A DNA stretch of 64,000 nt, taken from contig CALKXT010000018.1 of the NCBI GenBank assembly GCA_938003685.1, positions 4,921 through 68,920 on the forward strand, in the 5' to 3' direction. The notes beneath the pieces were generated by a model that worked only from the letters and a program-made list of their open reading frames with translations, did not search any database and was not told the DNA's origin. Below, one piece after another: positions 1 through 10,739 of this stretch. A program made the translations under genes and the position numbers. Source of the DNA: an uncultured Sulfitobacter sp. (GTDB taxonomy: Bacteria; Pseudomonadota; Alphaproteobacteria; Rhodobacterales; Rhodobacteraceae). Position 1 is the stretch's first letter; every line of letters begins with the position of its first letter.

Positions 1-241
1 CATCTACTGCTGCATCGTAACAGGCTTCTGGCACGGTCAAGTTTTGAACGCGGGGTGCCATTGTGTCATTGGCTTTTAATTCGGCAAAATTGAGCTTTTG
101 ATTGGGGTTGTGGTCAAGGTTCAGCAAAATAGGCTCAAATTCGGCCATCTCTGCCAGCGCGTTCATACGATGGTAAACGGCTTTGACTTTACCGCCGCCA
201 CCAAGGCCAATCCGCTCAAATATACTAAAAACCCGCGTCAA
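1..241 (-). CDS. N-terminal part of a probable glycosyltransferase (GT4/TagE-like), runs off window edge
   Basis: Not in ORF track. Manual translation from TTG at 241 is open to base 1 (LTRVFSIFERIGLGGGGKVKAVYHRMNALAEM...), starts 8 nt after the stop of the upstream transferase gene; Gly-rich N-terminal loop resembles GT-B enzymes. Confidence 0.45.
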   Translation of the reverse strand, partial: MTRVFSIFERIGLGGGGKVKAVYHRMNALAEMAEFEPILLNLDHNPNQKLNFAELKANDTMAPRVQNLTVPEACYDAAVD

Positions 242-248
242 ATCTGGA

Positions 249-1160
249 TCATGTGGTCAAAGCAACGGGGCTGTTATCTGCAAGCGATGCTGCTTGGGAT
301 ATCTTGTGTACCAATGCGTCATAGCGCGCACCAACCGTATCGCTTAAGAATGGGAACCACTTTGACAGGATAATTTCAGTCTCATCCGGGCCGACGGGTG
401 TGTGGCTGTCTCGGATGTGGGGCATCGCCATGCTGATGGGTTCTGAATCGTGTCCGTCGATTTTAATTGAAATATACCCCATCCCAGAATTGTCCACGAT
501 TGCAGGAAAGCGCTTGTGCAGGGCATTGTGGCCAAAAGAAAAGATCGTGCGCTCCCCGTGGACACGGATCGCGGTGCCCATGCTGTTGAACGGTAAATTG
601 GCCTGATAAATAAACATCTTATTGTCGGTCTGATAATTGGTGATCACAAGGCCGTTGGCACGTGAATAGCCGATAGGCATTCGATCCCCCAAACGCACCA
701 TATACCCACGAAGTTCTTGGATATAATCACGTGACAGACAATCATCGTCATCGATCCTAAATTGAACCAATGGCCGCCCAGCAAGCGTATTGAGCGTGGA
801 AATTCTGGGCCACAACGCCTCATGAACGGTCAATTCAGAAGACACCAGAAGTTCGAGGTTAGGGTTATTGGCACAGATATCGCGCAAACGATCTTTGTAG
901 ATGGCAGGCATGATGTCGGACGTCAGTATCAGGCAAATAAAGTTTTTGTCCGATTGTGACTTAAGCGACGGGACCAAAAAGTTTTCAAACAGAAAGAACC
1001 TCAGCTCCATTCGGTCTGCCGCATACAAATCTGCGGCGGATCGAATGCGCATATTTTCGATCTCTGCTGGTGTTTTTGCCGCGCGTGATGCCCGCCAATC
1101 GCCCTTTCCACAAAATGAGAACCGACAAATCCCGATCGCCGGTTCAAGCAAAAATGTCAT
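249..1160 (-). CDS. putative rhamnosyltransferase / glycosyltransferase
   Basis: IGICRFSF, RFFLFENFLVPSLKSQSDKNF and QFRIDDDD motifs typical of the putative rhamnosyl transferase family; ATG at 1160 chosen. Confidence 0.7.
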   Translation of the reverse strand: MTFLLEPAIGICRFSFCGKGDWRASRAAKTPAEIENMRIRSAADLYAADRMELRFFLFENFLVPSLKSQSDKNFICLILTSDIMPAIYKDRLRDICANNPNLELLVSSELTVHEALWPRISTLNTLAGRPLVQFRIDDDDCLSRDYIQELRGYMVRLGDRMPIGYSRANGLVITNYQTDNKMFIYQANLPFNSMGTAIRVHGERTIFSFGHNALHKRFPAIVDNSGMGYISIKIDGHDSEPISMAMPHIRDSHTPVGPDETEIILSKWFPFLSDTVGARYDALVHKISQAASLADNSPVALTT

Positions 1161-1439
1161 ACCACTGTCCTTTGTGCAAAACACCAAACCTATTCGACCA
1201 GCACAGGCCCTTGGGATTTTGCATGTTTCTTATTCCTTGCGTACATAAAACCGTCTTGCAGCAAAAGTCCAATGAACGCGCGCATGCATTGTTCGGGACG
1301 GCATCAAGTGTGCAACAGCGATAAACTGCCCACTTTCGCGTTATCTGGCCCAAAACGCATGACAACGGGCGAAAATTTGCTTAATGTTCACTTTAAGTCG
1401 GGCAAACCGGCATCAGGCAACTATTACAGGCAGTTTCAG

Positions 1440-2006
1440 ATGAAAAATCCGATCTATTCGCGGCGTGCGTTTACCTTTGGCGCGCTGGCAAGTGTGGGCG
1501 TCACCGCCGCATGTGGCAATGGTGTGGGCAGCCGTGGCTCTGCAACCATCGACGCGCGCGTTGATGCGACCTTGGCAGAGATGTATCGCAGCTTTCCAAA
1601 CACCCGGAACCTCGCGGCCAAAGCCAACGGCATGTTGGTCATGCCACTGGTGACTGAGGCGGGCCTCGGTTTTGGCGGTGCTTATGGGCGTGGTGCTTTG
1701 CGGGTCAATAACACCACTGTTGATTATTATTCCGTGACCAAAGCATCGGGTGGTTTGCAAATTGGCGCACAGCAATATGCGCATGTTTTGTTCTTTATGA
1801 CTGAAACCGCGCTGACCGATTTCCGCCGTTCACCCGGTTGGGCGGCAGGTGCCGATCTGGAATATGTGATTTCCGACAAAGGCGACAGCGTTGCGGCAGA
1901 CACCACAACCGTATTGGCCCCCGTTTTAGCAGCCGTATTTGGCCGCGCGGGCCTGCGCATTGGTGCGACGCTTGAGGGCACAAAATATTCGCGGATCATT
2001 CCGTAA
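1440..2006 (+). CDS. Tat-exported YSC84/SYLF-like lipoprotein
   Basis: SRRAFTF twin-arginine motif, lipobox-like VTAAC, GGAYGRGAL and SGGLQIGAQQY motifs. Confidence 0.75.
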   Translation: MKNPIYSRRAFTFGALASVGVTAACGNGVGSRGSATIDARVDATLAEMYRSFPNTRNLAAKANGMLVMPLVTEAGLGFGGAYGRGALRVNNTTVDYYSVTKASGGLQIGAQQYAHVLFFMTETALTDFRRSPGWAAGADLEYVISDKGDSVAADTTTVLAPVLAAVFGRAGLRIGATLEGTKYSRIIP

Positions 2007-2091
2007 ACATTTAGTCTACGGGCGGAAATGCCACATGGTTGCGGTCTAAGGATCGCCCCATTTTATCAACGCTTGATATAAGGTTTCAGCA

Positions 2092-2487
2092 ATGAAGTCG
2101 GTTTTTCGCCCGTGGCAAAGTTATCATGATCTGAGCATCACGGCATCCATCATTACAGGTGCATTGTTTCTATGTCTCCTGTTGGTGCCTGGCCTGATAC
2201 ATTGGCTTTTTTCCATTCCATCAGAGCCAGCAACAGATTTCATGTCTCGCCGTGCAGGTGTTTTGTTTCTGGGGCTGAGCATCATCACTTTTCAAGCACG
2301 CCATGCGCCGCAAACCCAACTGCGTCGTGGCATTTCGCTAGGCATCGCAGTGATGATGGCGTCCCTTGCATTGCTGGGCACCGCTGAATATTTCCGCGGA
2401 CATACTGGAATCGGTATCTGGTTGGCGATTGTCACTGAGACACTCTTTGCCCTGCTGTATGCACGGTTTCTGTTTGGTAAAAATTGA
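2092..2487 (+). CDS. hypothetical membrane protein (about 4 TM)
   Basis: 131-aa ORF with four hydrophobic segments. Confidence 0.65.
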   Translation: MKSVFRPWQSYHDLSITASIITGALFLCLLLVPGLIHWLFSIPSEPATDFMSRRAGVLFLGLSIITFQARHAPQTQLRRGISLGIAVMMASLALLGTAEYFRGHTGIGIWLAIVTETLFALLYARFLFGKN

Positions 2488-2647
2488 CCATACACTCTAG
2501 CCAATACAGGCCTGAAAACGGTGATTTGGTGACTTTATCACATTTCTATCAACGCTATCTGTTGTGCTAGCGTGGTTTTAAAAGGATTTGACACCATAAA
2601 TTCAATGCTCTTAAGTTAATATAACCCAAATAACGAAAGTTAGTATT

Positions 2648-2890
2648 ATGAAAAAATTAGCATTTGCAGCTGGCCTCATCATCGCCCTCGGGACAACAGC
2701 TATTGCCGGTGACGCAAGCTGGAAATACTCGGATGGTACCAAAATAAAAATTAAATGCCGTGACAGTGGCTGTACCGTCAAAGCCAAAAAACCGGGTGGT
2801 AAGTGGGTAGTTGTTGAAAAAGGTGAAGGCGGCGTTGAAAACTTCGACGTTTTGGAAGCCAAATACAAAAAACAAAAACCGCAGGTTTGA
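2648..2890 (+). CDS. small secreted Lys-rich hypothetical protein
   Basis: Sec signal MKKLAFAAGLIIALGTTAIA, CxxxxC pair, AT-rich upstream region. Confidence 0.65.
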   Translation: MKKLAFAAGLIIALGTTAIAGDASWKYSDGTKIKIKCRDSGCTVKAKKPGGKWVVVEKGEGGVENFDVLEAKYKKQKPQV

Positions 2891-2933
2891 TTCCTGCCTT
2901 CGTTGCTGTTCTTTTGCGCAACGATCAAGATTT

Positions 2934-2970
2934 GGGAGGGCCGGACCGATTCAGATCTGGTCCTTTTTTA
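2934..2970 (+). terminator. probable intrinsic terminator between convergent genes
   Basis: ggaccgat-tcag-atctggtcc stem followed by T run. Confidence 0.45.
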
Positions 2971-2975
2971 TCTGC

Positions 2976-3848
2976 CTAGCCCATCGCCCGCAACCGCTTG
3001 ATCAAGCTTGATGTATCCCAACGCGCGCCACCAAGTTTCTGCACATCCTTGTAAAACTGATCAACAAGGGCTGTGACAGGCAGACTGGCCCCTGTTTCAT
3101 CTGCCGTATCCAGACAAATCCCCAAATCTTTACGCATCCAGTCCACGGCAAAGCCATGATTGAATTCATCATCCAACATGGTCTCATAGCGATTGGCCAT
3201 CTGCCATGATCCGGCAGCACCTTGGCTGATCACCTCAACCACTGCATGTCCGTCAAGGCCAGCTTTCTCAGCAAAATGCAGTGCTTCTGACAATCCCTGC
3301 ACCAGACCCGCAATCGCGATCTGGTTGCACATCTTGGTCATTTGCCCTGCACCGCTGTCGCCAATACGGCGGCAAATCTTTGAATAGACTTCCATGATTG
3401 GCAGGGCACGGTCAAACGCGCCTGCATCTCCACCGCACATAATCGACAATTGGCCGTTTTCGGCCCCCGCCTGCCCGCCTGAGATAGGTGCATCAACAAA
3501 ACTGATTTGCATGGCATCCGCCGCTGCGTATAGCTCACGCGTCACTGCCGCCGAAACGGTTGTGTGATCGACAAAAACGGCACCAGAACTCATCCCGGAA
3601 AACGCACCATTATCACCCAAACATACACCGCGCAGATCATCGTCATTGCCCACGCAAGCCATGACAAAATCTGCACCCTTGGCCGCCTCATTCGGCGTAG
3701 CCGCAGATGCGCCGCCGTATTGATCGACCCAAGCCTGCGCTTTTGCAGCCGTGCGGTTATATACTGTGACGCTGTGACCCGCCTTTTGCAGATGTCCCGC
3801 CATCGGTGCGCCCATCACCCCAAGTCCTAAAAATGCGAGCTTTGCCAT
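2976..3848 (-). CDS. 3-hydroxyisobutyrate dehydrogenase-family NAD(P)-dependent oxidoreductase
   Basis: FLGLGVMGAPMA Rossmann motif, FVDAPISGG, KMCNQ, KDL motifs. Confidence 0.9.
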   Translation of the reverse strand: MAKLAFLGLGVMGAPMAGHLQKAGHSVTVYNRTAAKAQAWVDQYGGASAATPNEAAKGADFVMACVGNDDDLRGVCLGDNGAFSGMSSGAVFVDHTTVSAAVTRELYAAADAMQISFVDAPISGGQAGAENGQLSIMCGGDAGAFDRALPIMEVYSKICRRIGDSGAGQMTKMCNQIAIAGLVQGLSEALHFAEKAGLDGHAVVEVISQGAAGSWQMANRYETMLDDEFNHGFAVDWMRKDLGICLDTADETGASLPVTALVDQFYKDVQKLGGARWDTSSLIKRLRAMG

Positions 3849-3961
3849 CCCATGTTCCCATCTGCTTTTACATGTCATTCAGTTGCGCTATTGCGTGGTG
3901 CAACACCTAACATCTCGTGCGCCTTGGTCAATTGGCGCGCGCCAAATAGCCGGAGCATTCC

Positions 3962-6430
3962 ATGGCCCTGATCTTTCGCTGGCTTATGCGCCTTGCTGCA
4001 TTACTGATCGTGCTAAGCGTAGTGGTTACGGTGTTGGTCTATTGGCTCGCCTCACGGTCGCTGCCCGATTACACGGACGATGTTTCGGTCTATGGGTTGA
4101 ATGGCCCCGTCGAGATCGTGCGCGACAATGCCAATGTGCCGCATATCTTTGGTGAAACAGATGCAGATGTGTTTTTTGCCCTTGGCTTTGCCCATGCCCA
4201 AGACCGCATGTGGCAGATGATCATGCTGCGCCGTACGGCCCAAGGACGGCTGAGTGAAGTGTTTGGTGGGGCAACGCTTAACATTGACCGTCTGCTGCGA
4301 CGCTTTGATATTTATGGACTTTCTGTGCAATCTGTTGAGGCACAAGATACTAAAACCCGCACCGCATTGGAAGCATATGCCGCAGGCGTGAATGCGCGCT
4401 TGGATCAGATTAACTCTGAGGCACTGGGGCGTGGTGCGCCTGAGATGCTGATGTTTAACGCGCCGATGGCCCCTTGGCGTCCCGCCGATTCCATTGCCAT
4501 TGTGAAATTGATGGGTTTGCAATTGTCAGGGCATCTTGAGGCAGAGGTGATCCGCGCACGCGTGTCGTTGGCTTTGCCCGATCAGAAACGGCTTGCCGAT
4601 ATCCTGCCGGATGCACCGGGAACCGGCGTTGCGGCACTGCCTGAGTATGCCGCTCTTGCACCGGGGGTGAAACGCTATGCCAACAACATCCCACTTGACC
4701 CACATCCATTGTCCCCGTTCAAGCATTTGGCGTTTTCAGGTGCTTCAAATGTTTGGGCTGCAGCACCTTCACGATCAGCCTCAGGCGGCACATTGCTGGC
4801 CAATGATCCGCATCTTGGATTTACCGCGCCTGCCGTTTGGTATCTTGCGCGTCTAGAATTGGCGTCAGGCGGTGTGATTGGCGGCACGATCCCGGGAATG
4901 CCAGTTGTTCTGACGGGGCGCAGTGCTGACCTTGGCTGGGGCATCACCTCTGCCAAAGTGGATGATCAAGACGTGCATATCGAAGAGATTAACCCTGATA
5001 ATGGTGAAGAATACCGCACACCAGATGGGTTCAAGAAATTCATCACCCGGTCCTCTATCATTACGGTCAAAGATGCTGATCCGGTGACTGTCACCTTACG
5101 CTGGACGCAGAACGGGCCTGTCCTGCCGGGCAGTCATTATAATTTGGCCAGCATCACGCCACCTGGTCATGTCACATCGGTGAATTGGACGGTGTTGAGC
5201 AACAAGGACACCTCGCTATCCGCCGCAATGGCTTTGATGGAGGCTAAGACCGTGCAGCAAGGGATTGCTGCGGCGCAGACTTATATCGCACCCGCACAAA
5301 ACCTGACGCTGGTGGACAAAAGCCAGATCGCAATGAAAACCATCGGGGCGTTGCCACGCCGTGACGCCGCCCACCAAAGCATGGGCCGCCTGCCCTCACC
5401 GGGATGGATACCTGCAAACCGGTGGGACGGTATGATGCCCTATACGGCGAACCCTGAATTTATTGAGCCAACGGGTGGCATTTTGGGCAACACAAACAAC
5501 AAGACTGTGGATCGCCCCTTTCCCAACCATGTATCCTTCCTATGGGGCGATACGCAGCGCGTACAGCGCTGGCAGCGCTTGATGCAAAACCGTCAGGTCC
5601 ACACGCGCGACAGCTTTATCGAAGCGCAACTTGATACGGTCAGTGTAACGGCACGCGCACTATTGCCCCTCATTGGCGCTGAATTGTGGTTCACAGGAGA
5701 AGCCGCCCAAGATGGCACCGCAGAGCGCCAACGCCAACGCGCGTTGACGCTTTTGGCGGGCTGGTCCGGTGAAATGAATGAACATTTGCCTGAACCCTTG
5801 ATCTATGCCGCGTGGCTGCGCGCATTGCAGGCACGTTTGATCCAAGATGAACTTGGCCCCTTGGCGGATGAATTTGATCATGTTGAACCGCTGTTCATTG
5901 AACGGGTGTTTCGTAACGTCGATGGTGCCTCTGTTTGGTGTGACGTGTTGCAATCGGCCCCAGTCGAAAGCTGCCCAGAAATGGCGCGGCTGGCGTTAGA
6001 TGATGCGTTATTGTGGATTAACGAAACATGGGGCCTACAGTTGGAATCGCTGCGCTGGGGCGATGCGCACCAAGCGACCCATGACCACCCAGTGCTGGGG
6101 GCTGTGCCAGTGTTGCGGTATTTCGTAAACATCCGTCAATCGACCTCTGGCGGGGATCACACGCTGCAACGCGGGCTGACCAAGGGCACGGACCCTGATC
6201 CTTTCAATAATGTGCACGGTGCCGCTTATCGTGGAGTCTACGATTTTGCGGATCCAGATTCATCGGTATTTGTGACGTCTACGGGACAATCTGGGCACTT
6301 TCTGTCGCGTCACTATGATGACATGGCTCAACTGTGGCGGCGCGGTGAATATATACCAATGTCGCTGGATGAGGCATTGGCGCGCGCGGCCTCTGTGGGT
6401 GTGACAACCTTAAGACCTGCGCAACAATGA
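3962..6430 (+). CDS. penicillin acylase family (Ntn hydrolase) protein
   Basis: [26 protein letters not shown] nucleophile site, [13 protein letters not shown]-terminal motif; N-terminal anchor. Confidence 0.9.
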   Translation: MALIFRWLMRLAALLIVLSVVVTVLVYWLASRSLPDYTDDVSVYGLNGPVEIVRDNANVPHIFGETDADVFFALGFAHAQDRMWQMIMLRRTAQGRLSEVFGGATLNIDRLLRRFDIYGLSVQSVEAQDTKTRTALEAYAAGVNARLDQINSEALGRGAPEMLMFNAPMAPWRPADSIAIVKLMGLQLSGHLEAEVIRARVSLALPDQKRLADILPDAPGTGVAALPEYAALAPGVKRYANNIPLDPHPLSPFKHLAFSGASNVWAAAPSRSASGGTLLANDPHLGFTAPAVWYLARLELASGGVIGGTIPGMPVVLTGRSADLGWGITSAKVDDQDVHIEEINPDNGEEYRTPDGFKKFITRSSIITVKDADPVTVTLRWTQNGPVLPGSHYNLASITPPGHVTSVNWTVLSNKDTSLSAAMALMEAKTVQQGIAAAQTYIAPAQNLTLVDKSQIAMKTIGALPRRDAAHQSMGRLPSPGWIPANRWDGMMPYTANPEFIEPTGGILGNTNNKTVDRPFPNHVSFLWGDTQRVQRWQRLMQNRQVHTRDSFIEAQLDTVSVTARALLPLIGAELWFTGEAAQDGTAERQRQRALTLLAGWSGEMNEHLPEPLIYAAWLRALQARLIQDELGPLADEFDHVEPLFIERVFRNVDGASVWCDVLQSAPVESCPEMARLALDDALLWINETWGLQLESLRWGDAHQATHDHPVLGAVPVLRYFVNIRQSTSGGDHTLQRGLTKGTDPDPFNNVHGAAYRGVYDFADPDSSVFVTSTGQSGHFLSRHYDDMAQLWRRGEYIPMSLDEALARAASVGVTTLRPAQQ

Positions 6431-6990
6431 ACCGCGTTATCCTCTTTAACAAACCCTTTGGTGTGCTGTCACAATTCACTGACAAAGGCACCGAGGGAAC
6501 AGTTCGGCCGACATTGTCTGGATTTATCGATGAGCCGGGATTTTATCCGGCGGGACGGCTCGATAAAGACAGCGAGGGCTTGTTGGTGCTAACGGACAAT
6601 GGTGCCTTGCAAGCCCGTATCGCGCATCCAAAGTACAAACGTCCCAAGACCTATCTGGTGCAGGTTGAAGGTACGCCAGATGCCAAAGCATTGGATGCCT
6701 TGTGCAAAGGTGTGGTTTTGAAAGACGGTAGAACCGCCCCTGCTGAGATTACCCAGATTGATCCACCCCTGATGCTATGGGACCGCGATCCACCTGTCCG
6801 TTTTCGCAAATCTGTCCCAGATGCGTGGTTGCAAATCACCATTCGTGAGGGGCGCAACCGTCAGGTGCGCCGCATGACAGCCCATGTTGGGTTGCCCACG
6901 TTGCGATTGATCCGCAGTCAAATTGGCGACTGGCAGTTAAACGATCTGCGCCCCGGTGCATGGCGCTGGTCCAGTGAAACAGGTGCTTAA
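6427..6990 (+). CDS. rluE: 23S rRNA pseudouridine synthase (RluE-like)
   Basis: [32 protein letters not shown]; no S4 domain. Confidence 0.8.
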   Translation: MNRVILFNKPFGVLSQFTDKGTEGTVRPTLSGFIDEPGFYPAGRLDKDSEGLLVLTDNGALQARIAHPKYKRPKTYLVQVEGTPDAKALDALCKGVVLKDGRTAPAEITQIDPPLMLWDRDPPVRFRKSVPDAWLQITIREGRNRQVRRMTAHVGLPTLRLIRSQIGDWQLNDLRPGAWRWSSETGA

Positions 6991-7388
6991 GCAACCATCC
7001 GCGTTATCCAGACACCGCCGGTTGCAGCCGTAGCCGTTAAAACCGTTCCCCACGTCAGATCTGTCACAACCATGCTCCACGTCCAATCTTTCAACGTGGC
7101 CAGATTTGTGAATTCATAAGTGCCATAGGCAAAGGCCCCGATCAGAGCAGCGTTTGCAAAGACCCAAAGCAGGCTCTTGTCCTGCGCCATGGCGGGTAAG
7201 GACACGAACCAAAGCACCACAGCAATATAAAAGGAATAGAACAAGAATGCAGGGAAAATACGGAACTGCTCTAACAACAAATCTCCGATAGACCTCTCAA
7301 ATATTGGCTTGATCAGATAACTTAGGCCGAAATAATCCAACCCCAAAAACAAGACAAAGGTCACAAGATATAAAACTAAAAGTGTCAT
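6987..7388 (-). CDS. DUF2177 family membrane protein
   Basis: [16 protein letters not shown]...DLTWG motif. Confidence 0.75.
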   Translation of the reverse strand: MTLLVLYLVTFVLFLGLDYFGLSYLIKPIFERSIGDLLLEQFRIFPAFLFYSFYIAVVLWFVSLPAMAQDKSLLWVFANAALIGAFAYGTYEFTNLATLKDWTWSMVVTDLTWGTVLTATAATGGVWITRMVA

Positions 7389-7483
7389 TGGCGGCCCTCA
7401 TTCCTTGGTCTGCACACAACATATGTAGCGCCGATCAGAGAATTCTAACTCTTTTGGTAAAATTTTGAAAAAATGAATCCGCG

Positions 7484-8782
7484 CTACAGACGTTGATACT
7501 GCGCTTCTTGTGCTGCGGACCAACGCACAGTCATCTCAAACCCATCATCAGTCTGACGTTCAGTTTCAACAATCTCTTGTTCAAACAGCCAAGCGCGCTT
7601 TTTGCCCTCTGCAAATGTGAGCGACAGATCAGCTTCACGGATCGCCCCTTGCAAGGCTTCGGCAACGATTGTTTGAAGCGCGTCTAGCCCCTCACCGCTG
7701 ATCGCAGAAATCGCCAGTACATCGTCATCACGTTCTGCCCGCAGACGTACAGCCTCTGCTGCGTCTTCTGGCAACAGGTCGAGCTTGTTCCAAACCTCAA
7801 AGGTCCGGGTGTCTTTGGCGACACCCAAAGACGTCAGAATATCGCGCACGTCCTGCGCTTGTTCTTCACTCTCGGCATGGGAAATATCGCGCACGTGGCA
7901 GATGATGTCAGCGGCCAACACTTCTTCGAGGGTGGCGCGGAACGCAGCAACCAATTCAGTTGGCAGATCACTGATGAAACCCACAGTGTCACTTAGGATG
8001 ATCTCTGGTCCATCGGGCAGAACAAGCGAACGCATGGTGGGATCCAACGTGGCAAAGAGCATGTCTTTTGCCATGACGTCAGCACCCGTAAGGCGATTGA
8101 ACAGTGTCGATTTTCCGGCGTTGGTATAACCTACAAGCGCGACAATCGGATATGGCACCTTGGCACGTGCCGCGCGGTGCAATGCGCGGGTTTTAACAAC
8201 CTTATCAAGCTGACGGCGCAGACGTACCAATTGTTCATCAATCGCACGGCGATCTGATTCAATCTGGGTTTCACCCGGACCACCCACAAACCCCAATCCA
8301 CCACGTTGGCGTTCAAGGTGGGTCCAGGCGCGCACCAAACGTGTGCGTTGATAGTTCAATGCGGCCATTTCGACCTGTAATACCCCTTCGCGGGTGGCGG
8401 CGCGGTCGCTGAAAATCTCTAGGATCAGGCCGGTGCGGTCGAGCAGTTTAACACCCCATGCCTTTTCCAAATTACGTTGCTGAACCGGGCTGACGTGACC
8501 GTCAACCAAGACAAGTTCAATTTCTGCATCTTCAAAGATGTCGTGGAGTTCTTTTACCTTACCAGATCCCAGCAACATGCCGGCATTCACCGTGCGCAAC
8601 GGGACAATGTCTGATCCAACAACTTCGATTTGCGGCAGTGCGTGGGCCAATGCAACAGCCTCTGCCAAGGCAGGTCCGGCAGCGCGGCGGTCATTGTCTG
8701 ATTTAATCTCTGGATGCAGTACCCACGCACGTGTGACGCGTGGGCCTTGTGTATCGTCGATCTGAAACGGAGCGCGACTCAA
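7484..8782 (-). CDS. hflX: GTPase HflX
   Basis: [39 protein letters not shown]; downstream of hfq. Confidence 0.97.
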   Translation of the reverse strand: MSRAPFQIDDTQGPRVTRAWVLHPEIKSDNDRRAAGPALAEAVALAHALPQIEVVGSDIVPLRTVNAGMLLGSGKVKELHDIFEDAEIELVLVDGHVSPVQQRNLEKAWGVKLLDRTGLILEIFSDRAATREGVLQVEMAALNYQRTRLVRAWTHLERQRGGLGFVGGPGETQIESDRRAIDEQLVRLRRQLDKVVKTRALHRAARAKVPYPIVALVGYTNAGKSTLFNRLTGADVMAKDMLFATLDPTMRSLVLPDGPEIILSDTVGFISDLPTELVAAFRATLEEVLAADIICHVRDISHAESEEQAQDVRDILTSLGVAKDTRTFEVWNKLDLLPEDAAEAVRLRAERDDDVLAISAISGEGLDALQTIVAEALQGAIREADLSLTFAEGKKRAWLFEQEIVETERQTDDGFEMTVRWSAAQEAQYQRL

Positions 8783-9018
8783 TTCTGGTCTTCGCCCTCA
8801 TACAACGAGATAGGTTGGCTTGGCATGATTGTCGAAATGGCATGCTTATAGACCAATTGCGATTGACCATCGCGGCGCAGCAATACGCAAAAATTGTCAA
8901 ACCAAGTGATGACACCTTGCAGTTTAACACCGTTAATAAGGAAAATTGTGACCGGAACCTTGGTCTTGCGCACATGGTTCAGGAAGGCGTCCTGAAGGTT
9001 CTGTCTGTCGTTGGCCAT
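8779..9018 (-). CDS. hfq: RNA chaperone Hfq
   Basis: NLQDAFLN...[13 protein letters not shown]...[13 protein letters not shown]; true ATG at 9018. Confidence 0.98.
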   Translation of the reverse strand: MANDRQNLQDAFLNHVRKTKVPVTIFLINGVKLQGVITWFDNFCVLLRRDGQSQLVYKHAISTIMPSQPISLYEGEDQN

Positions 9019-9148
9019 CGTTACTCTCGCTTTTTTTCTTTCTGGCTTCCGCGGACCGGAGACCCCAATTGAATTGAGTATGTCGTGCCGTGCCACGAGT
9101 TTCCAGCCCAAATATCAAACCAAGGGTGCGGATTGACGCCAATACGTG

Positions 9149-10687
9149 TCAGGCGCGCCACAAGTCGGGGGTCAAAAGCGCGATGATCGCTAATGTTTCA
9201 AGCCGCCCAAGAACCATAGCACCACACAAGATCACCTTTGCCGTCAGGCTAAGTTCAATCAATTTAATCGGCGCATCAGCGGCATATTCCGTCAGCGGGC
9301 CGGTGGTTGATAAAGTTGCGACAGACAGCACCAATGCTTGTTCAAAATCAGTGCCGGCAAAGGTTAACAGCAAAGTAACGCCTGCAAGGGACAAGGCGAA
9401 CAGCATGAAGAATATCCATGCAATAAAGGCCCCGTTGCTTTGAAGGCGCCGCCCAGCAGTTCCAGCAGAGCTAACAGAATTGGGATGCACCAGCCGCTCC
9501 ATTTCGCGCACACCGTTTTGATACAGCGCAAAAACCCGCAGCAATTTCACGCCGCCAGCCGTCGTCGCCACCCCGCCGCCCATCAAAGCCAATCCCATCA
9601 AAATCAGCCCCGGTGTTGCCAGACCCGACCAACTTTGCGCTTCGCTCCAATGTTCAGAAACAAATCCGGTTGTGGTCAAAAATGACATAACAGTGAATAT
9701 AGCGCCCCAAAACGCATATCCAGCCTGACCAAGGTTTTCCATGGATTCGACATCATAGGCCCCCAAGAAATGGCGCCCGAACAGCACCAATGGCACGCCC
9801 AGCACGATAACGGCCCCGATGCGGAATTCTGGGTCGGTCCACAGACCACCTTGGGTCGCCGTTACTGTGTCCTTTGAAAAGGTAAGCCGTGACAGGGCAA
9901 ACAGCATAAACAGCAACATCACCGCCTCTCCGGACACGCCAATATCTGAGGTCTGCACGCCGCCGATGGGTGAAATTCCAGATGTCGCCAACACAGACAT
10001 CGCATGGCACAGCGCAATCAGCGGGGCTTCGCCGTTTGCGAGCAACAGCACCCATAACAGCAGTGTCAGCGCGGTATAGATCGGGGCCAAGGTGCGCACC
10101 ACACGCACCAACCGTTGACGCGGATTGATCGCTGCCATTCTGTTGCTGTCTGGCATGTTACGCCGTCCCGGTTCAGCCTGCGAGGTGACCTCAAAGCCAC
10201 CCAAATGCAATGGCGCAAGAATGGCAGAGGCTGCCACCCACATCAGCAATCCGCCCATCCAGCCCACCTGTGCCCGCCACAGATCCAAAGTATCGCTCAA
10301 CCGATCTGGATCGCGAAACATGGTGGCCCCGGTCGTGGTGATCGCGCTGACCATTTCGAAATAGGCATGCATAAACCGCGTGTTTGGCATGGCTTCAACA
10401 AAGGGAACCGCCATTAAGATCGGCAAAAACACAAACGCTGACAACAGCGACATTAAGGGCCCCAAAGCGCCATGGCGCGGCGTACGCCCAGCATGGGCAA
10501 TTCCGATCATAGTAAATACGATCATGCCCAAAAGGCCGCTGTAAAAAAACGCCCGCGATGCATCATGATCACGCACAACCAGTGCATAGACAGATGGAAT
10601 AAACATCGACGCTGAGACCACACCAACCAACAATAAGAACAGCGGCAATTGCAGTACCCCGCTGCGGAATGGGCTTTGTTGGCTCAC
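9149..10687 (-). CDS. trkH: Trk potassium uptake membrane subunit
   Basis: SAITTTGAT, TTTGF, GGVATTAGGVK pore motifs; adjacent to trkA. Confidence 0.9.
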   Translation of the reverse strand: MSQQSPFRSGVLQLPLFLLLVGVVSASMFIPSVYALVVRDHDASRAFFYSGLLGMIVFTMIGIAHAGRTPRHGALGPLMSLLSAFVFLPILMAVPFVEAMPNTRFMHAYFEMVSAITTTGATMFRDPDRLSDTLDLWRAQVGWMGGLLMWVAASAILAPLHLGGFEVTSQAEPGRRNMPDSNRMAAINPRQRLVRVVRTLAPIYTALTLLLWVLLLANGEAPLIALCHAMSVLATSGISPIGGVQTSDIGVSGEAVMLLFMLFALSRLTFSKDTVTATQGGLWTDPEFRIGAVIVLGVPLVLFGRHFLGAYDVESMENLGQAGYAFWGAIFTVMSFLTTTGFVSEHWSEAQSWSGLATPGLILMGLALMGGGVATTAGGVKLLRVFALYQNGVREMERLVHPNSVSSAGTAGRRLQSNGAFIAWIFFMLFALSLAGVTLLLTFAGTDFEQALVLSVATLSTTGPLTEYAADAPIKLIELSLTAKVILCGAMVLGRLETLAIIALLTPDLWRA

Positions 10688-10739
10688 GGCGGTTCAGTTT
10701 CCTTTGGCAGTTGGGCGCGTGATTGCGGACCTATTGAGG

